The notes: a model not told the origin generated them from the sequence alone. 43,017 bases of DNA from Crenarchaeota archaeon 13_1_40CM_3_52_10 (GCA_001918765.1 MNGO01000011.1:1-43017); one strand, 5' to 3'; counted from the stretch's first letter, positions 9,987 through 19,999 are shown. Made by a program: numbers and translations.

Positions 9987-10838
9987 ATGTCAGCACGCCT
10001 TAGCGCGTACTCGACGCTGATACGGCCCCCAAACACCATAATGATCGGGCTTGCAGTGATCGTTGGCGAGGCAATAGCGCTCGGCAAGCTCCCAGGAGCT
10101 CCAGAAGCCATTTTCGGGTTCCTGACCGCATCATTGATGATGGCTGGCACAATGGTGGCCAATGACGTTTACGATGTAGAAATTGACAGAGTGAACAGCC
10201 CGCAGCGGCCTCTCCCGTCCGGAACCGTCAAGACCAGTGAAGCAATCGTGTTGGCGGTAGTTCTTTCCGCAGCTGCGATAGGTTTCTCCGCCCTTCTCGG
10301 TCTGGCCACGTTTCTAACTGCGCTTATTGCTCTTGTTCTGATGGTTTACTATAACATGAAGGGAAAGAAGACTGGGCTGATAGGAAATGCGGTTGTAAGC
10401 TTCAACGTCGCCTTGCCTTTCTTCTACGGAGGGCTCGCCGTGAATTCCATCAGACCGTTACTCTTCATCTTTTCCGTTATCGCGTTTCTCGCAAACTTTG
10501 GGCGAGAGGTTGCAAAGGGGATCGTTGACGTGAAAGGCGACAGCCTCCGTCAAGTCCGGACCCTTGCCGTAGTCAGGGGGACCAAGGTTGCAGCATCCGC
10601 GTCCACGGTTCTGTTTGTTATCGCGGTTCTGCTTAGCTTCCTCCCGCCGTTTCTTGAGAGTATTTCCTGGCTGTATTTTCCGCCTGTGATAGTCGCCGAT
10701 GTCGGCTTTTTGTATTCAGGTTACAGATTGGTGGGTAACCAGACGCCTGAGAACGTTCGAGCAGTCAAAGGTCATGTTCTAGTATGGATGCTGTTAGGCC
10801 TTGTGGGTTTTCTTCTGGGGGGCGCCGCTCTCCTTTGA
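9987..10838 (+). CDS. Digeranylgeranylglyceryl phosphate synthase (UbiA family)
   Basis: LIRPPN, NDVYDVEIDRVNSPQRPLPSG, REVAKGIVDVKGD. Start is uncertain (9921-9987). Confidence 0.9.
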   Translation: MSARLSAYSTLIRPPNTIMIGLAVIVGEAIALGKLPGAPEAIFGFLTASLMMAGTMVANDVYDVEIDRVNSPQRPLPSGTVKTSEAIVLAVVLSAAAIGFSALLGLATFLTALIALVLMVYYNMKGKKTGLIGNAVVSFNVALPFFYGGLAVNSIRPLLFIFSVIAFLANFGREVAKGIVDVKGDSLRQVRTLAVVRGTKVAASASTVLFVIAVLLSFLPPFLESISWLYFPPVIVADVGFLYSGYRLVGNQTPENVRAVKGHVLVWMLLGLVGFLLGGAALL

Positions 10839-12113
10839 CTTGGAACTTTCGATCAGCAATTCTCTAGCCCGGTCGAGCCGTATTTTCCGTTCGGCGACCA
10901 TCTTGTCCGCCACCAAGTCGATCAGATCACCTTGAGCGCCAGCCATAGCGGCAATATTTCTTGCGTGAAGAGACATGTGTCCCTTCTGAATCCCCTCCGC
11001 AGCCAAGGCCCGTAAAGCAGCCATGTTCTGAGCTAAGCCCACCGAGGCCATGACCTCGCCGAGTTCGCGAGCGGTCTTCACACCAAGGATCTTCAGGCAT
11101 ATTTTCGCCATTGGGTGTACAGCAGTGACTCCCCCAATTATTCCAACGGCAGCAGGGATTTCGATCGTCCCAACCAGGTTCCCTTTGGAATCCTTCTTCC
11201 ATGTCGTGAGGGGAGAGTAGTGGCCGGATCGGGCGGCGTAAGCATGGGCCCCTGCCTCGATCGCCCTGGTATCGTTCCCAGTAGCTAGGCAGACGGCGGT
11301 TACCCCGTTCATGACCCCCTTGTTGTGGGTGGCACATCTGTACGTGTCGGCGGCGGCAAACGCGTAAGCCTCCACGATCCCGTCGATAATGTCCTCGCCG
11401 CCAAGAACTTCCTTCGAAACGGTCGTTGTAGCCCTCGCGATCCTTCTATCTGCAAGATTTGAGATGATCCGCAGTCGCGCTTGACCCTTGGAGATTTTCT
11501 CAAGCATCGGTGCCACAGCCTCCGCCATTGTGTTGACAACATTTGCACCCATAGCGTCACGACAGTCAACCAGAAGCTCTACAATGACCAGTATTCCGAC
11601 TTGGCTCGGTAGGATTCTGACACGGAGGTCCTTTGCCCCTCCACTCATTGAGACTAAGGTCGGGTCCTGCTGGTTGGCTTTTTCGAGAATCTCTTTTCTC
11701 GCCAAGATGATCGCCTTCTCAGCATCTTTCGGCGAAGGACACTTCACAATCTGGATCTGACTAATCATCACAGGCTCAGTACTGGTCGCCGTGAACCCTC
11801 CAGTTGGTCTCGCCATCTTCGCCGCGTTGCTCGCAGCCGCGACAACCGACGGCTCCTCGATCGCCATTGGTACCAGGTAATCTCTTCCATTAACCAAGAA
11901 GTTCGTGGCGATTCCAAGAGGAATCGGGAACATGCTGATGACGTTCTCGATCATTCGCTGAGCGGTAGCAATGGGTATTGATGCATTGGCTAGGGTCTGA
12001 GCTTCCTCAGAGGTCAGACCCGCGAACTCTTTGACTATCCTGAGTCTCTCTTCTAAGGGAAGTTTGTAGAAAGAGGCTATGGTTGAGCTTCTGTTTAGAA
12101 CGGACGCTTCCAA
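10794..12113 (-). CDS. hmgA: HMG-CoA reductase, class II
   Basis: IENVI, EEPSVVAA, DAMGAN, ATHNKG, GIQKGHMSLHARN (class II signature). Confidence 0.93.
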   Translation of the reverse strand: MEASVLNRSSTIASFYKLPLEERLRIVKEFAGLTSEEAQTLANASIPIATAQRMIENVISMFPIPLGIATNFLVNGRDYLVPMAIEEPSVVAAASNAAKMARPTGGFTATSTEPVMISQIQIVKCPSPKDAEKAIILARKEILEKANQQDPTLVSMSGGAKDLRVRILPSQVGILVIVELLVDCRDAMGANVVNTMAEAVAPMLEKISKGQARLRIISNLADRRIARATTTVSKEVLGGEDIIDGIVEAYAFAAADTYRCATHNKGVMNGVTAVCLATGNDTRAIEAGAHAYAARSGHYSPLTTWKKDSKGNLVGTIEIPAAVGIIGGVTAVHPMAKICLKILGVKTARELGEVMASVGLAQNMAALRALAAEGIQKGHMSLHARNIAAMAGAQGDLIDLVADKMVAERKIRLDRARELLIESSKSKESGAPQKKTHKA

Positions 12114-12115
12114 AT

Positions 12116-12649
12116 CTAGGCCTCTGGTAGACCTAGGCTTTCCTTTCTTAACTTGTTAAAGGCGATCGGAAACCAAGGAGTGTATTTCTTGGGGTTCTTC
12201 TCCAAGTCTTTTTGGAGCTCGGTGAGGGTGATCCATTTCCAGTCGTCTACCTCTTCAGGATTCGGTTTCGGGTCTCTGTCGTATTGCCCGACAAAGACAT
12301 GATCGAATTCGTGTTCTGTCAAGCCGCTCTTCGGGTCGGTCGCTTTGTACACGAAGCTGAAGATTTCTTTCAGCAGGGTGTCAAAGCCCAACTCTTGCTT
12401 CAGTTTTCGGTGAACTGCAGCCTCTAGTTTCTCGCCTTTTATTGGATGACTGCAACACGGGTTGCTCCAGAGGCTCTGAAAGTGGTGCTTAGCCTTCGAT
12501 CTAAGTTGGAGAAGCGCCTCGTTCTTGGAATTGAAAATAAAGATGGAGAAGGCTCTGTGCAGCTTGCCGCCGTCGCGATGAGCGGCTAGTTTTTCCTCAT
12601 ATCCGATAGGGTTGTCTTTCTCATCGACTAGAACGATGATCTCGGGCAT
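12116..12649 (-). CDS. idi: Isopentenyl-diphosphate delta-isomerase, type 1 (Nudix fold)
   Basis: LHRAFSIFIFN, WSNPCCSHP, EHEFDHVF, YTPWF. Confidence 0.95.
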   Translation of the reverse strand: MPEIIVLVDEKDNPIGYEEKLAAHRDGGKLHRAFSIFIFNSKNEALLQLRSKAKHHFQSLWSNPCCSHPIKGEKLEAAVHRKLKQELGFDTLLKEIFSFVYKATDPKSGLTEHEFDHVFVGQYDRDPKPNPEEVDDWKWITLTELQKDLEKNPKKYTPWFPIAFNKLRKESLGLPEA

Positions 12650-12715
12650 TTTTCTTATCCGTTTATCGAGGTAGGAAACGCTCTTTTTCTGCCTTTCCGA
12701 TAGAAGACATCTCGG

Positions 12716-13708
12716 TTACTGTACTCCTTGCAGGTCAAGGGACACGTTGTAGATCGTTCCTCCCTCCCTTCGTAATCCCCTTGCAATGCTCGATCGGGCC
12801 TTATTGTCAGCGCACAGCGCTATGATACATCCTCCGCCTCCCGCGCCTGTGAGCTTGGCTCCGAGAGCTCCAGTTTTCCGAGCCGCGGCCACAAGCCCAT
12901 CCAGCCTGGGAGTTGAGACACCGATCTGACGGAGTAATTCGTGATTTCTGTTCATCAGAGACCCCAGCGCGATGTCGTCCTCGTCTCTTAGAGCCTTGAC
13001 AACCGCATTCGATAATCTAGTGATCTCCTCTAGATGTGTTTGAAACTTATCTGCTTGTGTCCGAGATCTCTTCACTACCGACCCCACCAGGGCTTTGGTT
13101 GACCTGTGAACTCCCGAGTCGCATACAAGGATCATCGGTGGTCTTTTTACTTTGATCGCGTTGATCTTTGAGGGCTTTCTGAACTGTATGATTCCGCCGT
13201 AGGTGCAAGTTGCCTGGTCCACCCCCGAAGGGTGCCCGTGGAGAAAGTTCTCTGGGATGAAAGCGAGCTTGAAAATTTCTCGTCGGTCGAGTCGAGTCCC
13301 CGTTGACTTAGCTACTGCTGAGATGGTTGCGACAGTGGTGGACGCAGAGGATCCTAGGCCCGCGCCGATCGGAATCTCGCAATTCGCATCTACAAGGACG
13401 CCTCGATCTTTGGTAGCCAGGTGGTTGAGTGTAGCGCTCGCCGCGAGGCGTAGTGGCTCTAGAAGTTCTTGATTATCCGCGGATGACGATCGTTTGTCGG
13501 CATCGCTGACTAGATGAAGCGGAATGTCAGCTGTTACTTCAATCTGGCCGCTTTGAGATGGCCTTACGTCTATCTTTGAGTAGAGATTGACAGCCATTGC
13601 AACGGCTGGCGCGCCAAGGACGACGAATTGTTCTCCTGACACGATAATCTTTCCAGGTGCTCTGGACGAGACGATCGCTAGAGAAGTTGATGGCGAGGAC
13701 GATCTCAC
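12716..13708 (-). CDS. mvk: Mevalonate kinase
   Basis: APGKIIVSGE, PIGAGLGSSAS, PSGVD, KLTGAGGGG. GTG start overlaps the MEMO stop (GTGA). Confidence 0.92.
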   Translation of the reverse strand: MRSSSPSTSLAIVSSRAPGKIIVSGEQFVVLGAPAVAMAVNLYSKIDVRPSQSGQIEVTADIPLHLVSDADKRSSSADNQELLEPLRLAASATLNHLATKDRGVLVDANCEIPIGAGLGSSASTTVATISAVAKSTGTRLDRREIFKLAFIPENFLHGHPSGVDQATCTYGGIIQFRKPSKINAIKVKRPPMILVCDSGVHRSTKALVGSVVKRSRTQADKFQTHLEEITRLSNAVVKALRDEDDIALGSLMNRNHELLRQIGVSTPRLDGLVAAARKTGALGAKLTGAGGGGCIIALCADNKARSSIARGLRREGGTIYNVSLDLQGVQ

Positions 13709-14553
13709 TTCGTAAATGCGATCCCGGCGTAACCGACCACTGAACTCTTGTCTCCCGCTGTGTCTCCGCTCGTCTGATATGATAGCAACTTGGCTTCTTT
13801 CGCGCCGAGGATCTTGGATGCGTGTATTACTGCAGTGACAGGGCCGTATCCGCACGCTGAGACACTTTTCTCTTCGATCACGTCTTGGAATTTCTTCTCG
13901 TCCATTTCGAGCACGGCCTCGATGGCTTCCATGTCCTTCTTCCTTGCCGACTCGTAGGGTTCGTAGTGTGTCCAGTCTGATGAGGCGATAAGCATCGCTC
14001 CTGTCTCTGCGGACGCCTTGGCGATAGCGTCGCCAATTTCCATACTTGTTCCAAGGTCTTGGAGCATCATACAGATCGGTACAAATTTGAAGCGTCTTGG
14101 ATAGATGAATTGCAGGAAAGGAAGTTGGACTTCTATCGAGTGTTCTCTCTTGTGAGCTTCTTCTTCGACATCGATCAGACTCGAAAATCTCGTAATCGAG
14201 AAAGCCAAGGATTTGTCTATCGGAACTTCACCGAGCGGAGTTGCCCATTGCCCGTCTGTCATTGTTGAGACGCCGCTACCGTAACCCGTATGGTTAGGCC
14301 CCAGAATTATCACAGATTCCCTCAAGCCTGACGAGGCAAGTTGAAAATAGCTGTTGGCAGCTACAGGCCCGGAGTAATCGTATCCCGCGTGTGGTACAAC
14401 TATCGCTACGAGCTGGTCGTCACGTGTGGCGGGAATGGATGGTATTGATCTTGGTCCGAGGGGATCAAGGAAGCAGTTGTGTATTTTGGTCCGGAGCGCG
14501 CCTTCAGTGTCGGGGTAGAAGGTGCCTGCTTGTGCCGGCGGGCGTGTTTTCAC
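13705..14553 (-). CDS. MEMO1/AmmeMemoRadiSam system protein B
   Basis: AGTFYP, PHAGYDYSG, GPNHTG, EHSIEVQLPFLQ, SSDWTHY. Confidence 0.93.
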   Translation of the reverse strand: MKTRPPAQAGTFYPDTEGALRTKIHNCFLDPLGPRSIPSIPATRDDQLVAIVVPHAGYDYSGPVAANSYFQLASSGLRESVIILGPNHTGYGSGVSTMTDGQWATPLGEVPIDKSLAFSITRFSSLIDVEEEAHKREHSIEVQLPFLQFIYPRRFKFVPICMMLQDLGTSMEIGDAIAKASAETGAMLIASSDWTHYEPYESARKKDMEAIEAVLEMDEKKFQDVIEEKSVSACGYGPVTAVIHASKILGAKEAKLLSYQTSGDTAGDKSSVVGYAGIAFTK

Positions 14554-15230
14554 GCCTCTCCACCGGAAGCTCGTCCCATGGGCATGGCGGCAAGCTTCGT
14601 TTCAAAATCATCCACAGTTAGAGGGATTGTTCCATCTTGGGGAAGCTCTCCTCGTTCGCGGAGCACTTGTCTGGCGAGGAGCCAATAGACCACCGCGAGA
14701 GCTCTCCTTCCTTTGTTGTTTACCGGGATGACGAAATCAACCCCGGAAAAAACGTTGTCGGTATCGCACAAAGCAATGACAGGCACGCCTACGGAAGTTG
14801 CTTCCTTGATTGCTTGCCAGTCGGCTCGGGGATCAGTGACCAGGACGACCTGTGGTTCTGCGTGGTGGGGCTGTAGGGGATTGGATATGAGTCCCGGCAT
14901 GAATCGGCCTACTATTGGAACGGTACGCGTGATCTCTGCGAACTTTTCCACAGGGGTCTTACCGTAGAGTCTCGAAGACACGGCCAGCACTCTTCCAGGA
15001 TCGAATCGGCCCATGAATCTGGCAGCGATCCTAATCTTCTCGTTTGTCTCCCCGATGTTGAGGATGAACAGGCCGTCAGGACGGACTCTGAAAATGTACT
15101 TTTCCATATCCACGGTTTTGATCCGTGTGCCAATGTGGAGTCCTGCAGCCAGGAGCTCTTCTAGAGAGAGAAGCAGGTTTTCTGCTCTCGGTATTGCTTC
15201 TCTGTCTTCGATGTCTTGGCTTTCCAACAA
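14550..15230 (-). CDS. rps2: 30S ribosomal protein S2 (uS2)
   Basis: LAAGLHIGT, GRFMPG, DPRAD.QA, PVNNKGRRAL. Confidence 0.97.
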   Translation of the reverse strand: MLESQDIEDREAIPRAENLLLSLEELLAAGLHIGTRIKTVDMEKYIFRVRPDGLFILNIGETNEKIRIAARFMGRFDPGRVLAVSSRLYGKTPVEKFAEITRTVPIVGRFMPGLISNPLQPHHAEPQVVLVTDPRADWQAIKEATSVGVPVIALCDTDNVFSGVDFVIPVNNKGRRALAVVYWLLARQVLRERGELPQDGTIPLTVDDFETKLAAMPMGRASGGEA

Positions 15231-15240
15231 GGTTCCTCGT

Positions 15241-15465
15241 CTAGATGATCTCGGCTCGTTTCTTAGCGGAGACTTGCGGGTACTTTAGGAACTCGTCGAT
15301 TATCTCGACATGAGTTATGAGCATTCTTCGGCAGCAGTATCGTCGGATCCCTAGCTCGTCTAGTACCTTGATGGGTCTATCGCCGGCTCTAACCCTAAGA
15401 TTGAAGGTTTCCCACTTGTCAGCTATCTGTTTGCCGCAGGTAAAGCATCTTACTGGGATGATCAC
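15241..15465 (-). CDS. rpoN: RNA polymerase subunit N (Rpo10)
   Basis: [10 protein letters not shown]...RYCCRRML. Confidence 0.97.
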   Translation of the reverse strand: MIIPVRCFTCGKQIADKWETFNLRVRAGDRPIKVLDELGIRRYCCRRMLITHVEIIDEFLKYPQVSAKKRAEII

Positions 15466-15477
15466 TTTCTTTCTCTC

Positions 15478-15888
15478 TTACCTGTACGATTTCTGTTTTC
15501 TTCGTCGTGCGCTTGGCCCACCGAACTTCTTGGGTTCGCTTACTCGTTGATCCCCAGCTAACATTACTCTGTCGAAGGCAATGAAGTTCTTTCTCAGCTC
15601 GCTGCTCTTGGTCCACGAGGCAAGTGATCGCGCGATAGCGATTCTGGCGGCTTCAGCCTGGCCCATGAAACCTCCGCCATTGACTGATACTCGTATGTCT
15701 ACGCCTTTAGCCCTGTCTCCAGCTATTATCAGTGGTTCTTGGATCTTCATCCGGACGATCTCGGGACTAACATAGTCGAGAGCACGATCATTGAAGTAGA
15801 TTCGGCCCTTTCCAGGTCTTACAACAGCACGAGCTATTGCGGTCTTTCTCTTGCCCGTTTCGAGTACAGTCCTCTTCTTTTCGCTCAG
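15478..15888 (-). CDS. rps9: 30S ribosomal protein S9 (uS9), probable CTG start
   Basis: Frame stays open upstream of the listed ATG and encodes the conserved GKRKTAIARA. C-terminus is GGPSARRRKQKSYR. CTG overlaps the rpl13 stop. Confidence 0.93.
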   Translation of the reverse strand: MSEKKRTVLETGKRKTAIARAVVRPGKGRIYFNDRALDYVSPEIVRMKIQEPLIIAGDRAKGVDIRVSVNGGGFMGQAEAARIAIARSLASWTKSSELRKNFIAFDRVMLAGDQRVSEPKKFGGPSARRRKQKSYR

Positions 15889-16346
15889 GCGGGTATGCCC
15901 CCGATCTCTTCTGCTAGTTGAGCGACGGTGATGAAGGGAACTCTCAGCTTTGACGCGTTTGCATGGGATATAGTGTTGTAGGTTTTGCCTTCGTATTCCT
16001 TAGGAACTCCGATGTAGACCATGACTCTGTGGAAGGCCTGTTTTCCATGAGTCTTCTTCCAAGGAAGCATTCCCCTGATAACCCTCCGGACATAGTTGTC
16101 AGGCCTTCTAGGATGAGTTGGGGCTTTTTCCTGGTTGCCGAGCGTTCGCGTTTTCAGTTTTGTCTTGGCCCGGGCGACAACTCTCGCCTTTGTCCCTGAA
16201 ATAATGGCACGTTCAGCATTCAGCACGACCATCTTCTTCCCTTCGAGGGCTTGCTTCGCAACGTAGCTTGCCATTCTTCCAAGAATCAGATTTGACGCGT
16301 CAACAACCTCTTCTTCCGGTGAGAGACTTGCAACTATTTTTTTCAA
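15885..16346 (-). CDS. rpl13: 50S ribosomal protein L13 (uL13)
   Basis: DASNLILGRMASYVAK, RRVIRGMLPWK. Confidence 0.96.
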   Translation of the reverse strand: MKKIVASLSPEEEVVDASNLILGRMASYVAKQALEGKKMVVLNAERAIISGTKARVVARAKTKLKTRTLGNQEKAPTHPRRPDNYVRRVIRGMLPWKKTHGKQAFHRVMVYIGVPKEYEGKTYNTISHANASKLRVPFITVAQLAEEIGGIPA

Positions 16347-16978
16347 CTCTCGGTCATTCCTCCAAGTCCTTCGCCGAAGCCGACGGATTTCGCGTTGATT
16401 ATCCGTGCAGCCTCAAGGACGATCTTTTCGGGAGGCATCGTTCCAGTTGACTCGACAAGGAACGTGAAGGTCCGGGCCTTCTCGTCATAGTCGTACGTCG
16501 CGGCAGAGACAGATTGCCATTTCGCGTGGACGTTCCCTCTCCCGAGCCTAGCGTATGCCTCGAGCTTGATTTTCTGGCCTGCGGTGAGTTTCACGATGGG
16601 AATCTTGTCGGAGACCGGCTTAACTTCCGGGTTCTCGGGCTTAAGCTGGGAGGAATAGACTACCTCGATGGGTTCAGAAGCTTCTATTTCTAGCGAGAAT
16701 GATGCTCGGCATTTTTCGCAGCCCAGCTCACTCTTGCAGGTGCATTCTTCCGGCAGGTTGTAAGATGTGTCGGTTGTAACCGGGATCAGTCCGAGACGGT
16801 GCGCGAGGATCTCATCGTACATCACAGAGTTGTTTTCAAGAATCATGACATCGTCAATCGCCATCACCGGGACCTCTGAGATCATTATTCGGCGCAGCGC
16901 ATTGGCGAAGGCGGGTGATACGTCTGAAAGCACGAAGCGGAGCGTTTCTTGTTCCTTACTCAGGAGTTTAATGTCCAT
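16343..16978 (-). CDS. rpoD: RNA polymerase subunit D (Rpo3)
   Basis: FANALRR, DEILAHRLGLIP, HAKWQ. Confidence 0.96.
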   Translation of the reverse strand: MDIKLLSKEQETLRFVLSDVSPAFANALRRIMISEVPVMAIDDVMILENNSVMYDEILAHRLGLIPVTTDTSYNLPEECTCKSELGCEKCRASFSLEIEASEPIEVVYSSQLKPENPEVKPVSDKIPIVKLTAGQKIKLEAYARLGRGNVHAKWQSVSAATYDYDEKARTFTFLVESTGTMPPEKIVLEAARIINAKSVGFGEGLGGMTES

Positions 16979-17273
16979 CTAGCTATCATGCTTCCAGGAT
17001 GAAGTGCCCCGGGCAAGCGGTCCGGACTTTATTTAAAGCTGTTCACGAAAAACTTCGCCATCATCCGAGTTTTAGACATTTGGGTCGCTGTTAACACGAT
17101 AGTTAGCGCATGACAAGGAGTACCCTGTCTAATCGCTCAAAACGTTCCTATTTTGTCGCCGGTCGAGTCATCGGCTGAACCCTCAATCTTTCGCTTCAGT
17201 GGAACGAAGCTCAAACAGAACATACAGACGGACACATGTTTGACCTTAGTCATTCTAGGCTCACTGTTTAATC

Positions 17274-17840
17274 TCACCCGTCACCGGGCGGCCGCGCGGG
17301 GGTGTAGGTGAGCGCGACGACTCCGGATTTGAAAGACTTGGCGCCGACCAATTTCAGAGGGTGACGTGCGCTTTTGTCGATGAGTAGGGGCCGACCCTGT
17401 CCCAGGATGATGGGTTGAATGCGGATCCTATACTCGTCGACCAAACCGTCTTTCACCAGAGGAAGAACGATACTCGAGCTCCCGAGCACGACGATGTCGC
17501 TCCCCTGGTTCTGATTTAGCTTCGCCACGACTTCCTGGGGAGATCGGCTGACTACGCTCGAATTGTTCCACTCCGCCTTCTTTAGCGTCCTCGAAAACAC
17601 GATTTTTGGCAATTCGGTCAATTTGTTAGAAATGAATGGCTCTTTGTCCTTCGCCGTCGGCCAATACGCTGCCATTTCTTCGCAGGTCACGCGTCCGAAC
17701 AGAGTGGTCCCCGCCGACCGTAGGATCTCACGCGACCATTCCAGGGATTCCTCGTCGAAGAGGAACCAATCGATCTCGTTCTTGGGTCCCGCGAGATATC
17801 CGTCGAGGGAGAGAATACTATCGACCACGACTCGACCCAT
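17274..17840 (-). CDS. Dihydrofolate reductase / RibD C-terminal family protein
   Basis: SLDGYLAGP, LFGRVT, KIVFSRTL, GLVDEY..PIILGQG. Confidence 0.88.
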   Translation of the reverse strand: MGRVVVDSILSLDGYLAGPKNEIDWFLFDEESLEWSREILRSAGTTLFGRVTCEEMAAYWPTAKDKEPFISNKLTELPKIVFSRTLKKAEWNNSSVVSRSPQEVVAKLNQNQGSDIVVLGSSSIVLPLVKDGLVDEYRIRIQPIILGQGRPLLIDKSARHPLKLVGAKSFKSGVVALTYTPARPPGDG

Positions 17841-17963
17841 GGCGGTGCATCAATGTTGCCGACTATTAAGCCGCAAGGAACCGGATTTCCCTTCGCTGGA
17901 GCTATTCATCCGGCGAAACATCTCTGTAGACTGGCCTCCCTACACTGGATCGGCCATGAGTTG

Positions 17964-18503
17964 CTATATTGTGAAGAATAGGATTCCGAAGTAGATATTG
18001 ACCAGCCCGATGGCGATAGCGATTGGTGGGAAGGCTAGCACTGAGCCTATGAATTCAAAGAGGTCTTCAACGAATCTCAGCAGGGTGTAGATTGCAAGAG
18101 TTGCGATGAGGAAGACAACCACGAGAACTGTGGTGCTTGTAAAAAGGGATGGGAGAAATGTTCTTAGAAAGTACGCTATGAGCAAGCCCAACGCAAGGGA
18201 GATGAGGGAGGCCCAGCGAACGTTTCGAATGGGGCGGGAGATAAGCAGAATCCCGAGTAGAATCATGGCCGGTAGGAAATACTTCAGATAAGGCGAAGTC
18301 GTCGATGCGACACTGGCAGAAATCTCGCCTGAGAGAAATCCAAGGCTGAGGGCATAATCAACTGCGACTATGAGCACCACTATACCGAGGAGGAACCCGA
18401 GAATGGATAGCGCGCGTCCAAGCGCCTGCGAAATGCGTTTGAAGAGAGGCGCGCAGGCACAGAGTCCTCCTGCAATGAGAATTATACCTGCGGAGATAAC
18501 CAT
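17964..18503 (-). CDS. Hypothetical polytopic membrane protein
   Basis: 179-aa ORF with about 6 hydrophobic segments. Confidence 0.75.
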   Translation of the reverse strand: MVISAGIILIAGGLCACAPLFKRISQALGRALSILGFLLGIVVLIVAVDYALSLGFLSGEISASVASTTSPYLKYFLPAMILLGILLISRPIRNVRWASLISLALGLLIAYFLRTFLPSLFTSTTVLVVVFLIATLAIYTLLRFVEDLFEFIGSVLAFPPIAIAIGLVNIYFGILFFTI

Positions 18504-18551
18504 GAAGTGCCCAGGTCTCGAATGAAGGACGGGTTTAGTTTAAGTGGCTTG

Positions 18552-19241
18552 TTACTTTTTCTCTGCTTCGGGCTCAGCCGCCAGTTCTTCCTCAGGCTCG
18601 ACCAGCTCCAAGGGTTGTTCCGCCGCAACCTCTTCCTTGATCTCAGGTGAAACTACCGGGAGCGCAGGCATCGCGGGTGCCACGGCTACCGGCGCTTCTT
18701 CAATGACCCTAGCGAGTCTCTTGCCCCCGGGCGCTGCTCGCGCAGGATGCTGAGCATTGGTTAGTGGGCTTCTCTGATCGAAGGCGATTCTTGACTCCTC
18801 ATCGCGTTTGACAATGTAGCTTGGCACTGACACGATCTCGTTCGCGATGCTGATGTGACCATGACTGACGAACTGGCGTGCTTGGTGAATGCTCCTTGCC
18901 AATCCCGACCTGAAAACGATAGTCTGTAGGCGTCTTTCCATCAAGTCTTTGACGTTGAGATCGAGAATGTTGTCGACGCTGGCAGATTCGGGAAGGATTC
19001 CAAGCCGTGCAAGACGCTTAAGATATTGACTTTCAATCTGGGACTTTTGATCTTCTGACCCACCGAGAAGAGTTCTTGCTATCCCTCGTATCTTTGACAG
19101 CATCGTCTCGTGACGTCTTAGTTCCCGCTTGTTTCTGAGACCATACTCGCCGAGAAGATGGAGCTCGGCTTCAAGCTGTTCCTTCCGCCATGGATGGCGA
19201 GGAGTCTGGTATGTCTTTCTCGGCTTTCTAGGGTCTCCCAA
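18552..19241 (-). CDS. rps4: 30S ribosomal protein S4 (uS4)
   Basis: MGDPRKPRK..PRHPW, YGLRNKRE, ERRLQT, QARQFVSHGHI; acidic C-terminal extension. Confidence 0.97.
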   Translation of the reverse strand: MGDPRKPRKTYQTPRHPWRKEQLEAELHLLGEYGLRNKRELRRHETMLSKIRGIARTLLGGSEDQKSQIESQYLKRLARLGILPESASVDNILDLNVKDLMERRLQTIVFRSGLARSIHQARQFVSHGHISIANEIVSVPSYIVKRDEESRIAFDQRSPLTNAQHPARAAPGGKRLARVIEEAPVAVAPAMPALPVVSPEIKEEVAAEQPLELVEPEEELAAEPEAEKK

Positions 19242-19244
19242 AGA

Positions 19245-19745
19245 CTACTCCTTCTTCTCTTCCTTCTTCCCTGACGCCGCAGCGCGTGCTGCTTCCATGA
19301 GCACCTTCTTCTTGACTCCTACAGCTTTTCCTGAGCGACCTGTGGTTCTAGTGCGCTGGCCTCTCACTTTCAGTCCAAGCGAGTGTCGGATTCCCTTCCA
19401 GCTTTTGATGTCCTTCATCAGATCAATATCGGCCTTGTTTCTGAGCGCGAGATCTGGCCCAATGAGGTGCATATCTCGTCCACTCTCGATATCCTTTCGC
19501 CGATTGAACAGTCGTGAGGGTATTCCGTGCTTTGCAGGATCCTTGATGATGTCTTCTAATCGTGAAATCTCCGCCTCGCTGAGGCTTCCTATTCTCGCTT
19601 CTGGGCTGATCCGGGCTACTTTCACGACGGCTTGGGCGAAATTTGGCCCAACTCCTCGTATCCTGCTCAGCCCGAACGGTACTTTCTTGGTCCCATCGAC
19701 GTCCGCTCCGAGTACGCGGAGGATGAGCCTGAACTCTCTTGACAT
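19245..19745 (-). CDS. rps13: 30S ribosomal protein S13 (uS13)
   Basis: IRGVG, NRRKD, GLKVRGQRTRTTGR. Confidence 0.97.
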   Translation of the reverse strand: MSREFRLILRVLGADVDGTKKVPFGLSRIRGVGPNFAQAVVKVARISPEARIGSLSEAEISRLEDIIKDPAKHGIPSRLFNRRKDIESGRDMHLIGPDLALRNKADIDLMKDIKSWKGIRHSLGLKVRGQRTRTTGRSGKAVGVKKKVLMEAARAAASGKKEEKKE

Positions 19746-19907
19746 CGCGCTTACACGAGGAAGAGGAAGCCCACCTTATCGCTTAATTTAACGTTTCGAC
19801 TTTGCGACAGCTTTGCGCCTCATGATACAGGCACTTAGCAGGTTCGTGTCTGATCTGTTTTGGATCTCGCTGACTGTAACTCGTTCAATCCCCTGGAAAT
19901 TTCTGAT

Positions 19908-19999
19908 TTGGTTGCAAAATTTTTTTCGGTGAAAAAGTTCGTGCAACAAATATTTTCTACGACTGCGGATTTTTTTCTCACCGGAAAAAAATTTACCAA
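19908..19999. repeat. Imperfect ~29-bp AT-rich inverted repeat between the divergent rps13 and speD genes
   Basis: TTGGTTGCAAAATTTTTTTCGGTGAAAAA versus the reverse complement of the right arm, TTGGTAAATTTTTTTCCGGTGAGAAAAAA. Confidence 0.7.

Noticed and set aside
6729-19791. Many long antisense ORFs (e.g. 6729-7313, 19129-19791)
   Set aside because: Shadow frames of well-conserved genes
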